Shown here: positions 1-9,193 of the stretch, piece by piece
Position numbering within the stretch: position 1 is the stretch's first letter
Layout of the letters: each line of letters starts with the position of its first letter
Origin: a virus
Length of the DNA: 64,000 nucleotides
IMG/VR virus record: IMGVR_UViG_3300010883_025067
Location: 1 to 64,000 of that record
Direction: 5' to 3' (one strand)
The notes under the pieces: generated by a model
The model's input: the letters and a program-made list of their open reading frames with translations, nothing else
Databases searched by the model: none
What the model was told of the DNA's origin: nothing
Translations under genes and position numbers: made by a program

Positions 1-1
1 G

Positions 2-655
2 ATTAAGAGTAGCGCAGCCAAGGTTATTCAGTCCTCAGCTGCAACTGAAATTGAGACTACAGCAGGTGTGCTAACTATTGACGGTAAGACAGGAGTCAAC
101 TTACAGGTCAATGGGACACAGGTACTAGGGGTAGGAGCATCAGGTCTCTACGTATCAGGTAACGTATCCTCATTCACTGTAACAGGTGCAATTAGATCTC
201 CAGCAGCAACAGGTGTTCGATTCCCAGAAGGAATTAGTGGATCGATAACACGTCTATCCAGCGGTAAGTCATTCATCGAGGGAGGATCAAATATCTCAGT
301 AACCTCAGGTTCAAACACTGGGATTACTATAGCTGTGACGGGGATCGACGTGTCACCGACAGGAAGTAAGGCTAGAAACTTCTACGATGTCACAGGTACT
401 TACGCAAATGGATCTGAGGTCATCATACACGGTGATGGAGCTACATCCCAGACAGGCTTTAATAATCTTAAGGCTAGGCATGATTCATACGGAGCACTGG
501 ATGTCTACCTAAACGGTCAGTACATGCAATCTGGAACAAGCGCTGCAAATGGTGACTATTCAATTGGTCCTGGTTGTACAACGACAGGATCTATAAAGTT
601 CTTCTTTAATCTTGAGCAGGGAGATGTGATCGGAACATTTGAGATCAACAGATAA
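2..655 (+). CDS. Tail fibre/virion structural protein, C-terminal part (5' truncated by window)
   Basis: Frame open from base 2; G/S/T-rich beta-type sequence; LDVYLNGQ...GDY motif typical of phage fibre proteins; followed by a terminator. Confidence 0.6.
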   Translation: MKSSAAKVIQSSAATEIETTAGVLTIDGKTGVNLQVNGTQVLGVGASGLYVSGNVSSFTVTGAIRSPAATGVRFPEGISGSITRLSSGKSFIEGGSNISVTSGSNTGITIAVTGIDVSPTGSKARNFYDVTGTYANGSEVIIHGDGATSQTGFNNLKARHDSYGALDVYLNGQYMQSGTSAANGDYSIGPGCTTTGSIKFFFNLEQGDVIGTFEINR

Positions 656-673
656 GAAATGATACAAACTTAC

Positions 674-708
674 AGGCCCTGTGTTTTAAAACACAGGGCC
701 TTTTGTTT
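674..708 (+). terminator. Rho-independent terminator
   Basis: Perfect 28-bp palindrome AGGCCCTGTGTTTT/AAAACACAGGGCCT (674-701) followed by TTTGTTT. Confidence 0.8.
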
Positions 709-736
709 ATAGTTACTGTGTATGTGAGGTGATAGC

Positions 737-1225
737 ATGTCAGAATTTATTGTAGAATACCATATTAATGCCCTGAAAGATGTTCGGACCGGACTCGATG
801 AGAACATTCAAAAAGTTTCTAGACAGGTGCATATTGATCAGATAAAGCTAGAGGGAATAAATGTTCCTTGCTCAGCGATCCTAAAATTTATCAAAGATAT
901 CATGGTCCAGATAGACAATGCAGAGTCACTTGAGGATAAGCTCCAAACCTCAGTTTCTGCACTGATGAAACTAGAGAGCTATTCATCTGACTATATGTCA
1001 AATGAGAGGCATAACCTCTCTAAGAAAATAGGCATGATTGAAGGGTTCCAGGCATACACACAGTCAATTGATGAGAATATAGAAGAGAAAAAGGCAGAGA
1101 TTGAAAAAGATCGTCGTTTGAAAGAACGAATAGAAAATGGTGAAAATTTGGATAAACGACAAATAGGTACAAGACCAGAAAAGCTTAAAGATATAAGAAA
1201 CTTTAAAGAGCGTTCAAGTGAGTAA
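737..1225 (+). CDS. Hypothetical coiled-coil protein
   Basis: GAGG RBS; ATAGTTA motif at 709. Confidence 0.7.
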   Translation: MSEFIVEYHINALKDVRTGLDENIQKVSRQVHIDQIKLEGINVPCSAILKFIKDIMVQIDNAESLEDKLQTSVSALMKLESYSSDYMSNERHNLSKKIGMIEGFQAYTQSIDENIEEKKAEIEKDRRLKERIENGENLDKRQIGTRPEKLKDIRNFKERSSE

Positions 1226-1262
1226 TTTGACATATCATACATGTCAGAAATTGGGATAGATT

Positions 1263-1916
1263 GTGTCTAAAGATCACAAGATTCGTAAGCTTGTGTATCA
1301 AATCAAGTATCTAAGAGAAGAGCTTGCAGAGTGTCGGCAAATATATGAAAAGTCAAAGGTAGAGTTTTTTAATAATGCTATTGCGAAAAAAAAAGAAATG
1401 GGTGCTGACGATGACGAGATCTCTGATATATCACTAGATGCCGATGATTCAGACAATTCTAGTTCTGTAGATGAGGATCTTTCTCTTAGGGGACAAGATA
1501 ATAATGAATCTGAAGATTTTGAAATTTCTGATACAACCTCTACAAAAAATCAACCCAAGTGGGCTAAACAGCTATTTAGAGATGTTGCTGTCATAACTCA
1601 TCCTGATAAGATGCCAGATAGTCTTAGTAAAAAATTACGAGAGAAATTGGTGTCTCTTTACACGCTTGCAACTGATGCATATCAGAGTGGAAACTTTTCT
1701 GGATTAGTCGAAGCAGCATCTGAACTAGGCATTGAGATGCCGAGTGAAGGCGAAGAATTGGTGCAATATCTCAGCTATGAAATTTGTGATCTGGAAAATA
1801 AAACAGAAGAAATAAAGTCAACAATAATCTGGTTATGGTCACAGAGCAATACAGATGAAAGATCTGAAATCATGAATGCTTTCGCAGAGATGAGAGGCTG
1901 GAACGAAGACGTGTAA
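1263..1916 (+). CDS. J-domain-like protein
   Basis: KQLFRDVAVITHPDK (HPD motif) flanked by coiled-coil/acidic segments. Confidence 0.6.
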   Translation: MSKDHKIRKLVYQIKYLREELAECRQIYEKSKVEFFNNAIAKKKEMGADDDEISDISLDADDSDNSSSVDEDLSLRGQDNNESEDFEISDTTSTKNQPKWAKQLFRDVAVITHPDKMPDSLSKKLREKLVSLYTLATDAYQSGNFSGLVEAASELGIEMPSEGEELVQYLSYEICDLENKTEEIKSTIIWLWSQSNTDERSEIMNAFAEMRGWNEDV

Positions 1917-1954
1917 AGGTAATGTATACGGCTTAAGATTAAGAGTGTCGTATT

Positions 1955-2383
1955 ATGATGTGGAAGCCCCCTAGTTCGCCCTATAACCTAATTCAAGAGC
2001 AGCTTTGGCATGATCCCTGGAAGATATTCGTCGCCTGTATCTTTTGCAACCTGACAAAGCGGGTTGATGCAGAGCCGTATATATGGAAGTTCTTCAAGAT
2101 ATTTCCAACACCAGCTGCTGCTTCTACTGCTGATCCTGATGAGATCGCAGAGATGATACAGCCACTAGGATTGTCCCAGAGGCGATCTAAAGCACTCGTC
2201 AGAATGTCCAATGATTACCTACAGAAGGACTGGAGGGATAGCCCAGAGAATCTCTATGGGATCGGAAAGTATGCTTCTGATGCTTATCGAATCTTCTGCT
2301 TGGGTGATTGGAGAGATGTAACACCAAAAGATGGTGCATTAGTCAATTATCACAAATATTTGCAATCTTTGAATACATTATAG
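1955..2383 (+). CDS. MBD4-like HhH-GPD mismatch DNA glycosylase
   Basis: WKPPSSPYNLIQEQLWHDPWK, PLGL, GIGKYA.DAYRIFC and V.P.D closely follow the MBD4 glycosylase domain. Confidence 0.85.
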   Translation: MMWKPPSSPYNLIQEQLWHDPWKIFVACIFCNLTKRVDAEPYIWKFFKIFPTPAAASTADPDEIAEMIQPLGLSQRRSKALVRMSNDYLQKDWRDSPENLYGIGKYASDAYRIFCLGDWRDVTPKDGALVNYHKYLQSLNTL

Positions 2384-3037
2384 CTCAAATTTTTTCAATC
2401 TAGCAACACCATCAGTCACAGTTACATAAGTTTGATGTGTCACCCAATCTCCAGCGTTGATGTAGGTTTTTATGTGTTGATCTTCGTCTATCCAGACAAG
2501 CGCTTCAGGATTGTGTGTGTGACCCATAATGAAGACATCAACATCCTCGTTGTGTCGAAGAATGTGAATTACTCTTCTTAGTTTATGCTTTTTTATCTGT
2601 CTCTTTGTCCACCAAGTCGTAATGTCAAAGACAAGGGCTATCTCTAGAATATTTTGAATAACAGAGAGAAGCTTTATTAGAATTCTATTATGTATGACAC
2701 CTCTGTCATATTCATCACCGTGTTCGATTCTAAATTTTCTTCCTGACTCAAAGAATTCGTACCGCTTTACGAAATTAATTCCGAAAAAATTTTTCCCAAC
2801 TAAGCTGACAAGACTCTCATCATGATTTCCAACAATGTAGATGACATCTTTCTCGCAGCTAATCACATCAAAGATCTCCATACATCTTTCTGTAAACACA
2901 GGAATCTTGATAAAGTCAATAATATCACCTGCAAGAATAAGCTGATCATACTCTTCATATTTCAAAAATCTAAGCAATTCCTCTGACTTATAGAATTTGC
3001 TACCAATATGTGTGTCTGAAATGATGATTCTTTTCAT
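2378..3037 (-). CDS. Calcineurin-like metallophosphoesterase (LpxH-like)
   Basis: SDTH, GDIID, GNHD, HGD, GHTH, NAGDW motifs. Confidence 0.85.
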   Translation of the reverse strand: MKRIIISDTHIGSKFYKSEELLRFLKYEEYDQLILAGDIIDFIKIPVFTERCMEIFDVISCEKDVIYIVGNHDESLVSLVGKNFFGINFVKRYEFFESGRKFRIEHGDEYDRGVIHNRILIKLLSVIQNILEIALVFDITTWWTKRQIKKHKLRRVIHILRHNEDVDVFIMGHTHNPEALVWIDEDQHIKTYINAGDWVTHQTYVTVTDGVARLKKFEL

Positions 3038-3141
3038 GTGAACAAGCTATCATTAAATGATATTATAACTTTAACTATTAAGGTGTACCGAGTCAAAAGA
3101 CCAGTAAATTAAAGAAATTAATAACAGACGTAGGAGATAAA

Positions 3142-3390
3142 ATGTCTGAATTTAAACTAGCAGATGAAGTAATTGGGCAGGTAGGAAAGTTGGTCCAACT
3201 AGCGATGATTACAGGAACAGATGTAATTGATCATCTTAGAATGATCAGAGTTACAAGCTCAGAGACAGATAGTAGCGTAATGGTGCTGACACCAGAATAT
3301 CGTGAGATCTCTGAGAACCAGGTGACACAGCTATTAGAAGAGGCCTCACAGATTCAGGATGCAGAGGAAGATGAAAGACAGACTGATTAG
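3142..3390 (+). CDS. Hypothetical protein
   Basis: AGGAG RBS; coupled to downstream operon. Confidence 0.7.
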   Translation: MSEFKLADEVIGQVGKLVQLAMITGTDVIDHLRMIRVTSSETDSSVMVLTPEYREISENQVTQLLEEASQIQDAEEDERQTD

Positions 3391-3745
3391 CATGTTTGAT
3401 CTTCGAAAGTCATTCATGCAGGAATTGAGAAAAAGCTTTCCAGAGGCATATCCGGAACTGCCAATTGACCTGAAGAAAAAAGAAAATCAGCAACTTTGTC
3501 GAGACATGGCATTGCGAGGTGTTGAGGAAATGTTCGAAGCATTGCAGCACTTAAAAAACTGGAAACCTCATCGTGTTACAAATATTGAAGAATTTGATGA
3601 TAGAGAGTTTTTGGAAGAGATAGTGGATGCCTTCAATTATTTTTTCTCCTTAGTGATCCTTGCAGGTTATGATGCAGATGATCTATACAGATCGTATGTT
3701 GAAAAAGATAAAATCATCCATGACAGATTGAAAAACGGGTATTAG
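3359..3745 (+). CDS. All-alpha (dimeric) dUTPase/dCTPase-like NTP pyrophosphatase
   Basis: EEMFE...WKPH...EEIVDAFNYF motifs. Confidence 0.7.
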   Translation: MQRKMKDRLISMFDLRKSFMQELRKSFPEAYPELPIDLKKKENQQLCRDMALRGVEEMFEALQHLKNWKPHRVTNIEEFDDREFLEEIVDAFNYFFSLVILAGYDADDLYRSYVEKDKIIHDRLKNGY

Positions 3746-3746
3746 A

Positions 3747-4688
3747 TTGCCAACTATCGATGATCTTTTTAATAGACAGAAAGTTTTTAATGATTTGTTC
3801 TATAATTCTGATACAATGTCAGATAAGCAAAAAGAAGAAATTACTAAATCTCTCTCGCTAGCTTTGCATGCAGAAGTTTCTTCATTGGTGTCTGGATTGA
3901 ATTACAGGGACCACACTAATGAGATAGTGCCTGTCAACAAGACAAAAATTCTGTATGAGTCTGTTGATGTATTTCGGTATGTTTTAGCAATTCTAAATTT
4001 ATGGAAAATCTCAAGCGATCAATTTGTTTCTGCTTTTCATGACAAAGATCTTTTTCTTCATACACGCCACCAGTCCTCACAGAGTCAGTGGTCTGGGCAA
4101 AATGTTATAATTTTTGATCTCGATGACGTCATTATTGAGTTTAGGACCGGATTCATAGAGTGGCTAGAGAGAACACACAATCTTAAAATTGATAGAAATT
4201 CCTCTGAATACTATACAACAGCAGAGGTCAAGGCAGCTGGCTTGAATCCCGAGCAGGTCTTTTTTGACTTTATCAGGGAAAGAGAGCTTCGCAGCTTGGC
4301 ACCAAACAGTGATATGATTTCTGTTATAAACCAGCTCCGAGATGCGGGATACTGGATTCATATCTTAACTGCAAGACCCAGAGAAAATTTGCTTTGTTGT
4401 TATGATACTTTTCACTGGATAGATGAATCTGGGCTGCAATATGATAGAATCAGCTTTAGCTCCGAAAAATACAGATGGATTACACAGTCAGATTATTTTG
4501 ATTCTGGAAAGGTCGTTTGTGCAGTTGATGATTCAGCAAAGCATGCAGCAGAGTATGCAAAGCATGGTATTCATGTTTATGTGCCAAGAGCATCATACAA
4601 CACAGAATTAGAAGGTCGTGAGAACATATCGATGTATGATAGTTCAAAAGACTTTTTACGATGTTTTCTAGATAAACATTCTCTATAA
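3747..4688 (+). CDS. Degenerate NTP-pyrophosphatase domain fused to HAD 5'(3')-deoxyribonucleotidase
   Basis: N-term ESVDVFRY; C-term FDLDDV, LTARP, K, VDDS HAD motifs. Confidence 0.7.
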   Translation: MPTIDDLFNRQKVFNDLFYNSDTMSDKQKEEITKSLSLALHAEVSSLVSGLNYRDHTNEIVPVNKTKILYESVDVFRYVLAILNLWKISSDQFVSAFHDKDLFLHTRHQSSQSQWSGQNVIIFDLDDVIIEFRTGFIEWLERTHNLKIDRNSSEYYTTAEVKAAGLNPEQVFFDFIRERELRSLAPNSDMISVINQLRDAGYWIHILTARPRENLLCCYDTFHWIDESGLQYDRISFSSEKYRWITQSDYFDSGKVVCAVDDSAKHAAEYAKHGIHVYVPRASYNTELEGRENISMYDSSKDFLRCFLDKHSL

Positions 4689-4712
4689 TGATATACAATT
4701 ACTACAAAGGAT

Positions 4713-5699
4713 TTGCAAATGCCACAGAATAAAAATCTTGAACCTGTAACGCTTCCAATGACACTTCGATTTGATGAAGATCCGAGCACACAATTTTTAA
4801 ATGATCTTGATGCTCTAGATATCGAGCTAGTGGATCACCCGACATCACAGCAAATGAGAGATGTTGCGTGGCGATATGTGAAAGCGACGTGGGCAGATGA
4901 ACCCAGTTACACAAATCCGAAAGGAGTTTCACAATCAGAGCTAAGTGAAAATCTTGAAGATGTTCTTTGCTTTAGAGCATTACCCACTCCTATGGAAATT
5001 TTTAGCTTCACTTTTAAGTTTGCTGGCATTGATTTTCAAACTGTAACTCATCTGATTCGTCATCGAGCCGGATCCTTTGCTGCACAGTGTACGGGTGATA
5101 GATTCTTGCACAACGAACCGTGTCTCGTTCCTTCTGCAGTTGAAAATAGTCCTGAGCTTTATCGTCGGTGGAAACGGCACGTCGACGACTCGAAACAGCT
5201 TTATGCCGACATGGTCGATACTCGCCAGATTTCCATGATGGATGCGCGAACAATTTTACCAAAATGTTTATCAACATTCTATTACGGAAGGTTTAATCTA
5301 AAGGACATAATCGGTCTCGTCAAACAGCGTGCAGATAAGCAAATTCAGCCTGTAGTTGACAATTTAATTGCAGCGAAGATGGCCCTTGAAATAATCAAGG
5401 TTCTTCCTGAAGCTAGTGCTGTAATTGGCACAAAGACTTTGACAGCTCCTGCATGGCACTACGTTAGAAATCTTAGGTCTGGAACAGGCACAAATCTATA
5501 TTGGCCTGATTCTGATAGTGATGAACACATAGAATATCATCCAAACGATACAATCTATCAAGCTCATCGATATGATTTAAACGGAACCCATCCACCGATT
5601 GAGGAAGCCAGCGGAAACACAAAGTTTCGCCAGATTTGGAATGAATTAATGGGAGAAATTACTGATCTTGAAACAGCTTACAAGAATACAAAGGAATAA
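4713..5699 (+). CDS. thyX: ThyX-like flavin-dependent thymidylate synthase (variant)
   Basis: THLIRHRAGSFAAQC and DARTILP motifs; probable start near 4719. Confidence 0.75.
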   Translation: MQMPQNKNLEPVTLPMTLRFDEDPSTQFLNDLDALDIELVDHPTSQQMRDVAWRYVKATWADEPSYTNPKGVSQSELSENLEDVLCFRALPTPMEIFSFTFKFAGIDFQTVTHLIRHRAGSFAAQCTGDRFLHNEPCLVPSAVENSPELYRRWKRHVDDSKQLYADMVDTRQISMMDARTILPKCLSTFYYGRFNLKDIIGLVKQRADKQIQPVVDNLIAAKMALEIIKVLPEASAVIGTKTLTAPAWHYVRNLRSGTGTNLYWPDSDSDEHIEYHPNDTIYQAHRYDLNGTHPPIEEASGNTKFRQIWNELMGEITDLETAYKNTKE

Positions 5700-5701
5700 A
5701 A

Positions 5702-6142
5702 ATGAAAGCATATATTGCAAGTTCTTGGTTCACACCTTCAGCTTTTGAGGAGGTTGAAACCATCAAGGAGTTATTGATAAAAAATGGTTACGATTATTTT
5801 TCACCAAAAGATTTTTTCATCTGTCCTCCAACCGCTGATTTGCAAACACAAAAGGATACATTTGAGGGTAATGTAGAGCACATTATTGGAAATGACTTTG
5901 TGATTTGTAATACACGTGATAAGGATATGGGAAGTATCTTTGAAGCAGGCGTTGCACATCACTCAGATACACCTATTATTTATTTTTGCGCAGGTTTACC
6001 ACAAGGTGCAACTTTTAACCTGATGCTTGCACAGTCTGGTGTGAAGGTTTGTACGTCATTTCAGGATCTCGATGACTATCTTTCGAGGTGCAAGGATAGT
6101 GATGAGCTTCTATTCGAGCCGTACTACGGATCAATAGAGTAG
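5702..6142 (+). CDS. Nucleoside 2-deoxyribosyltransferase family (NDT/DNPH1-like) N-glycosidase
   Basis: [21 protein letters not shown] motifs. Confidence 0.8.
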   Translation: MKAYIASSWFTPSAFEEVETIKELLIKNGYDYFSPKDFFICPPTADLQTQKDTFEGNVEHIIGNDFVICNTRDKDMGSIFEAGVAHHSDTPIIYFCAGLPQGATFNLMLAQSGVKVCTSFQDLDDYLSRCKDSDELLFEPYYGSIE

Positions 6143-6152
6143 GGGTAGAGTT

Positions 6153-7187
6153 TTGTCTGATTGTTACAGTGTGTTAGGTGTTGGCAAGAGTGCAACACAG
6201 GATGAGATCAAAAAAGCTTATAGGGAATTAGCTTTAAAGTATCATCCTGATAGAAATTCAGATAATTCAGATTCAGAAGTAAAGTTCAAAGAAGTGTCTG
6301 AGGCGTACGAGACGCTATCTGATCCTGAGAAAAGAAAGCAATATGATCTGGGAGGCACTCAAATGTTTTCAACATTTTCAGGTGATCCTTCTGAAATATT
6401 TGAAAGTTTTTTTAAAGATTTTGGATTTGAGACATTCTTTAGAGGTCATAGACAACCAGATATCGGACCTCAAATAGGTGAGGATGTCGAAATATTAGTA
6501 AACATTTCTTTGGAATCAGCATTTTCGGGCACTGAAAAGCAAATAACCTATAATAGTCTGATCATATGTGAACAGTGCACCGGAAAAGGTGTTCAAAATA
6601 CGTCTGATGTTCAAGATTGTCCACATTGTGATGGCTCTGGCAAGATTCATCAGAAAGCTGCATTCTTAAATATATCAATGACATGCGCACACTGCCAGGG
6701 ATCTGGTAGTCGCATTAAGAATCCGTGCGGTGTATGTCATGGGCTGGGAAGAGTGCAAGAGTTACGGGTGATAAAGATTCCAATTCCTATAGGAATTATG
6801 AGTGGAGAGAGAATAAGGATTCAGAATCTTGGTAATCATCACCCAGTATCGAATAATCCCGGTGATCTGTATGTCAGGGTTGATGTTATTCCTCATAACA
6901 AGTTTGAGAGAGAGATGAATGACATACACAGCCGTAAGTTTATATCATACCCAACTGCTGTTTTAGGAGGGACTGTTAGTGTTGAGACACTAGCAGGTGA
7001 TGTTTCTCTTAATGTGCCCGCCGGCACACAACATGGCACAGTATTTAAGTTATCCGGGAAAGGAATGAAGAGAGAGGGAGTCATGGGTAACCAAATGGTT
7101 CACCTCTGCATAGAAGTACCTGTCGAGGTAACTGAGAAGGAGAGAGACCTGATTTTGAATTTGAAAAAAATTCAAAAAGAACAATAA
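6153..7187 (+). CDS. dnaJ: Chaperone DnaJ
   Basis: J domain (YHPD), four CxxCxGxG zinc-finger repeats, C-terminal domain. Confidence 0.95.
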   Translation: MSDCYSVLGVGKSATQDEIKKAYRELALKYHPDRNSDNSDSEVKFKEVSEAYETLSDPEKRKQYDLGGTQMFSTFSGDPSEIFESFFKDFGFETFFRGHRQPDIGPQIGEDVEILVNISLESAFSGTEKQITYNSLIICEQCTGKGVQNTSDVQDCPHCDGSGKIHQKAAFLNISMTCAHCQGSGSRIKNPCGVCHGLGRVQELRVIKIPIPIGIMSGERIRIQNLGNHHPVSNNPGDLYVRVDVIPHNKFEREMNDIHSRKFISYPTAVLGGTVSVETLAGDVSLNVPAGTQHGTVFKLSGKGMKREGVMGNQMVHLCIEVPVEVTEKERDLILNLKKIQKEQ

Positions 7188-7249
7188 AAGGGTTTTCTTT
7201 CTAAATTTGGTGTCTACATTTATATGGTCGTCATAAGGAGACGTGAATA

Positions 7250-9127
7250 ATGAATAAAGTAATTGGAATTGATCTTGGCACAACAAACTCTTGTGTCGCG
7301 CTGATGGAGGGCGATTCGCCCAAAGTTTTAACAAATGCAGAGGGAAGTAGAACAACACCTTCAATTGTTGCATACACACAAGATGGTGAAAGAATTGTCG
7401 GCGAGGCAGCTCGCCGCCAGGCCATCACAAATCCTGAAAGGACAGTCTACTCTGTGAAGAGATTTATGGGAATGAAGACAGCTGACGTCAAAAAAGAGAT
7501 TGACAGAGTTCCTTACACAGTTGTGAAAGGAAAGTCAGGAATCTGCAAAATAAAAATTAACAATAAGTCTCACACACCACAGGAAATTAGTGCACAAATT
7601 TTAGCCAAGCTTAAAAAGTCAGCTGAGGTCTACTTGGGACATGAGGTAAAAGAAGCTGTAGTTACAGTTCCTGCGTATTTCAATGATGCACAACGCCAAG
7701 CAACAAAGGATGCAGGGAAGATTGCAGGGCTCGAAGTTAAGAGAATTATTAATGAACCTACAGCGGCTGCACTCGCGTATGGGCTTGACAAGAAGCAAGA
7801 GCAGAAGGTTGCTGTTTTTGACTTGGGCGGCGGTACTTTTGATATATCAATCCTTGATATAGCAGAAGGTGTTGTTGAAGTGTTAAGCACTAATGGTGAT
7901 ACACATCTTGGAGGTGATGATTTTGATCAAGTTGTTATTGACTGGTTAGTTGCCAAATTTAAAGATGACAGTGGTGTCGATATAGCTGGTGATAAAATGG
8001 TTATACAGAGACTTCGTGATGCAGCTGAAAAGGCAAAAATTGAGCTTTCAAGCACACAAAAAACTGATATAAATCTTCCGTTTTTGACTGCAGATTCAAC
8101 AGGACCAAAACACTTACAGGTGACATTGCTTCGCTCCACATTTGAACAGATGATTGATAAGACCGTGAAGCGAACAATGGTCCCAGTTAAAAATGCGCTA
8201 AAGGATGCAGGCCTGGCAGCAAGTGACATCGACGAGATACTCTTGGTGGGCGGTTCAACGAGAACACCCATGGTTAGACAGACCGTAGAGAAGTTTTTTG
8301 GAAAATCTGCAAATAGTTCAGTTAACCCTGATGAAGTGGTTGCACTAGGCGCTGCTGTCCAGGGTGGTGTATTTAGTGGAGATGTCACAGATGTGCTTCT
8401 GCTAGATGTTACACCACTTTCTTTAGGAATAGAAACTTTAGGTGGAGTGATGACTCATTTGATTGAGAGAAATACAACAATTCCGTGTTCTAAGAGTGAA
8501 ACATTCAGCACAGCTGCAGATGGTCAAAGCTCTGTTGATATTCATGTTCTGCAAGGAGAGAGACAGTTTGCAAAGGACAATAAGCCGCTTGGAAATTTTA
8601 GGCTTGATGGGCTACCTCCAGCACCAAGGGGAATACCACAGATTGAGGTAACTTTTGATATTGATGCAAATGGAATCGTTAGTGTGTCTGCAAAGGACAC
8701 AGCTACGAACAAGGCACAGTCAATTAGAATTGAGGATAGTGCCTCTCTATCTGATGAGGATATTAAGGAGATCATAAAAGATGCATCTTCTTACGAGGAG
8801 GATGATAAGAAGCGCCTCACAGAGATACAGGATAGGAATAAGCTAGAAACACTGTCCTATCAGGCAGCAAATTTTCTTCGAGAGCACGAGATCACAGACA
8901 TGACAAAAGAAGAGCTAGAGAGTGCTCTCAATAATGGAAGATCAGCTCTTGAGGGTGATGAACACCAAGCAGTTTCTGATGCGCTGATAGAGCTTGAGGC
9001 TAGCTTGATGATAGCTGGAAAGGAAATTTATGATACTGCAAACAACACACAGGAGGTCGACCAAGAAACTGACTTCACCGCAGATACAGTTGAAGCAGAA
9101 CACGCAGAAGATCACAGTAGCGTGTAA
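7250..9127 (+). CDS. dnaK: Chaperone DnaK (Hsp70)
   Basis: [32 protein letters not shown]. Confidence 0.97.
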   Translation: MNKVIGIDLGTTNSCVALMEGDSPKVLTNAEGSRTTPSIVAYTQDGERIVGEAARRQAITNPERTVYSVKRFMGMKTADVKKEIDRVPYTVVKGKSGICKIKINNKSHTPQEISAQILAKLKKSAEVYLGHEVKEAVVTVPAYFNDAQRQATKDAGKIAGLEVKRIINEPTAAALAYGLDKKQEQKVAVFDLGGGTFDISILDIAEGVVEVLSTNGDTHLGGDDFDQVVIDWLVAKFKDDSGVDIAGDKMVIQRLRDAAEKAKIELSSTQKTDINLPFLTADSTGPKHLQVTLLRSTFEQMIDKTVKRTMVPVKNALKDAGLAASDIDEILLVGGSTRTPMVRQTVEKFFGKSANSSVNPDEVVALGAAVQGGVFSGDVTDVLLLDVTPLSLGIETLGGVMTHLIERNTTIPCSKSETFSTAADGQSSVDIHVLQGERQFAKDNKPLGNFRLDGLPPAPRGIPQIEVTFDIDANGIVSVSAKDTATNKAQSIRIEDSASLSDEDIKEIIKDASSYEEDDKKRLTEIQDRNKLETLSYQAANFLREHEITDMTKEELESALNNGRSALEGDEHQAVSDALIELEASLMIAGKEIYDTANNTQEVDQETDFTADTVEAEHAEDHSSV

Positions 9128-9150
9128 ATTTCCCGCAACAGATATAGAAT
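9122..9150 (+). promoter_or_regulatory. Promoter GTGTAA-N17-TAGAAT upstream of dnaE
   Basis: Member of recurrent motif. Confidence 0.6.
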
Positions 9151-9193
9151 GATTATGAAGGGAGTAATGTTTATGCTCCTGCTTGGAAGGTAA

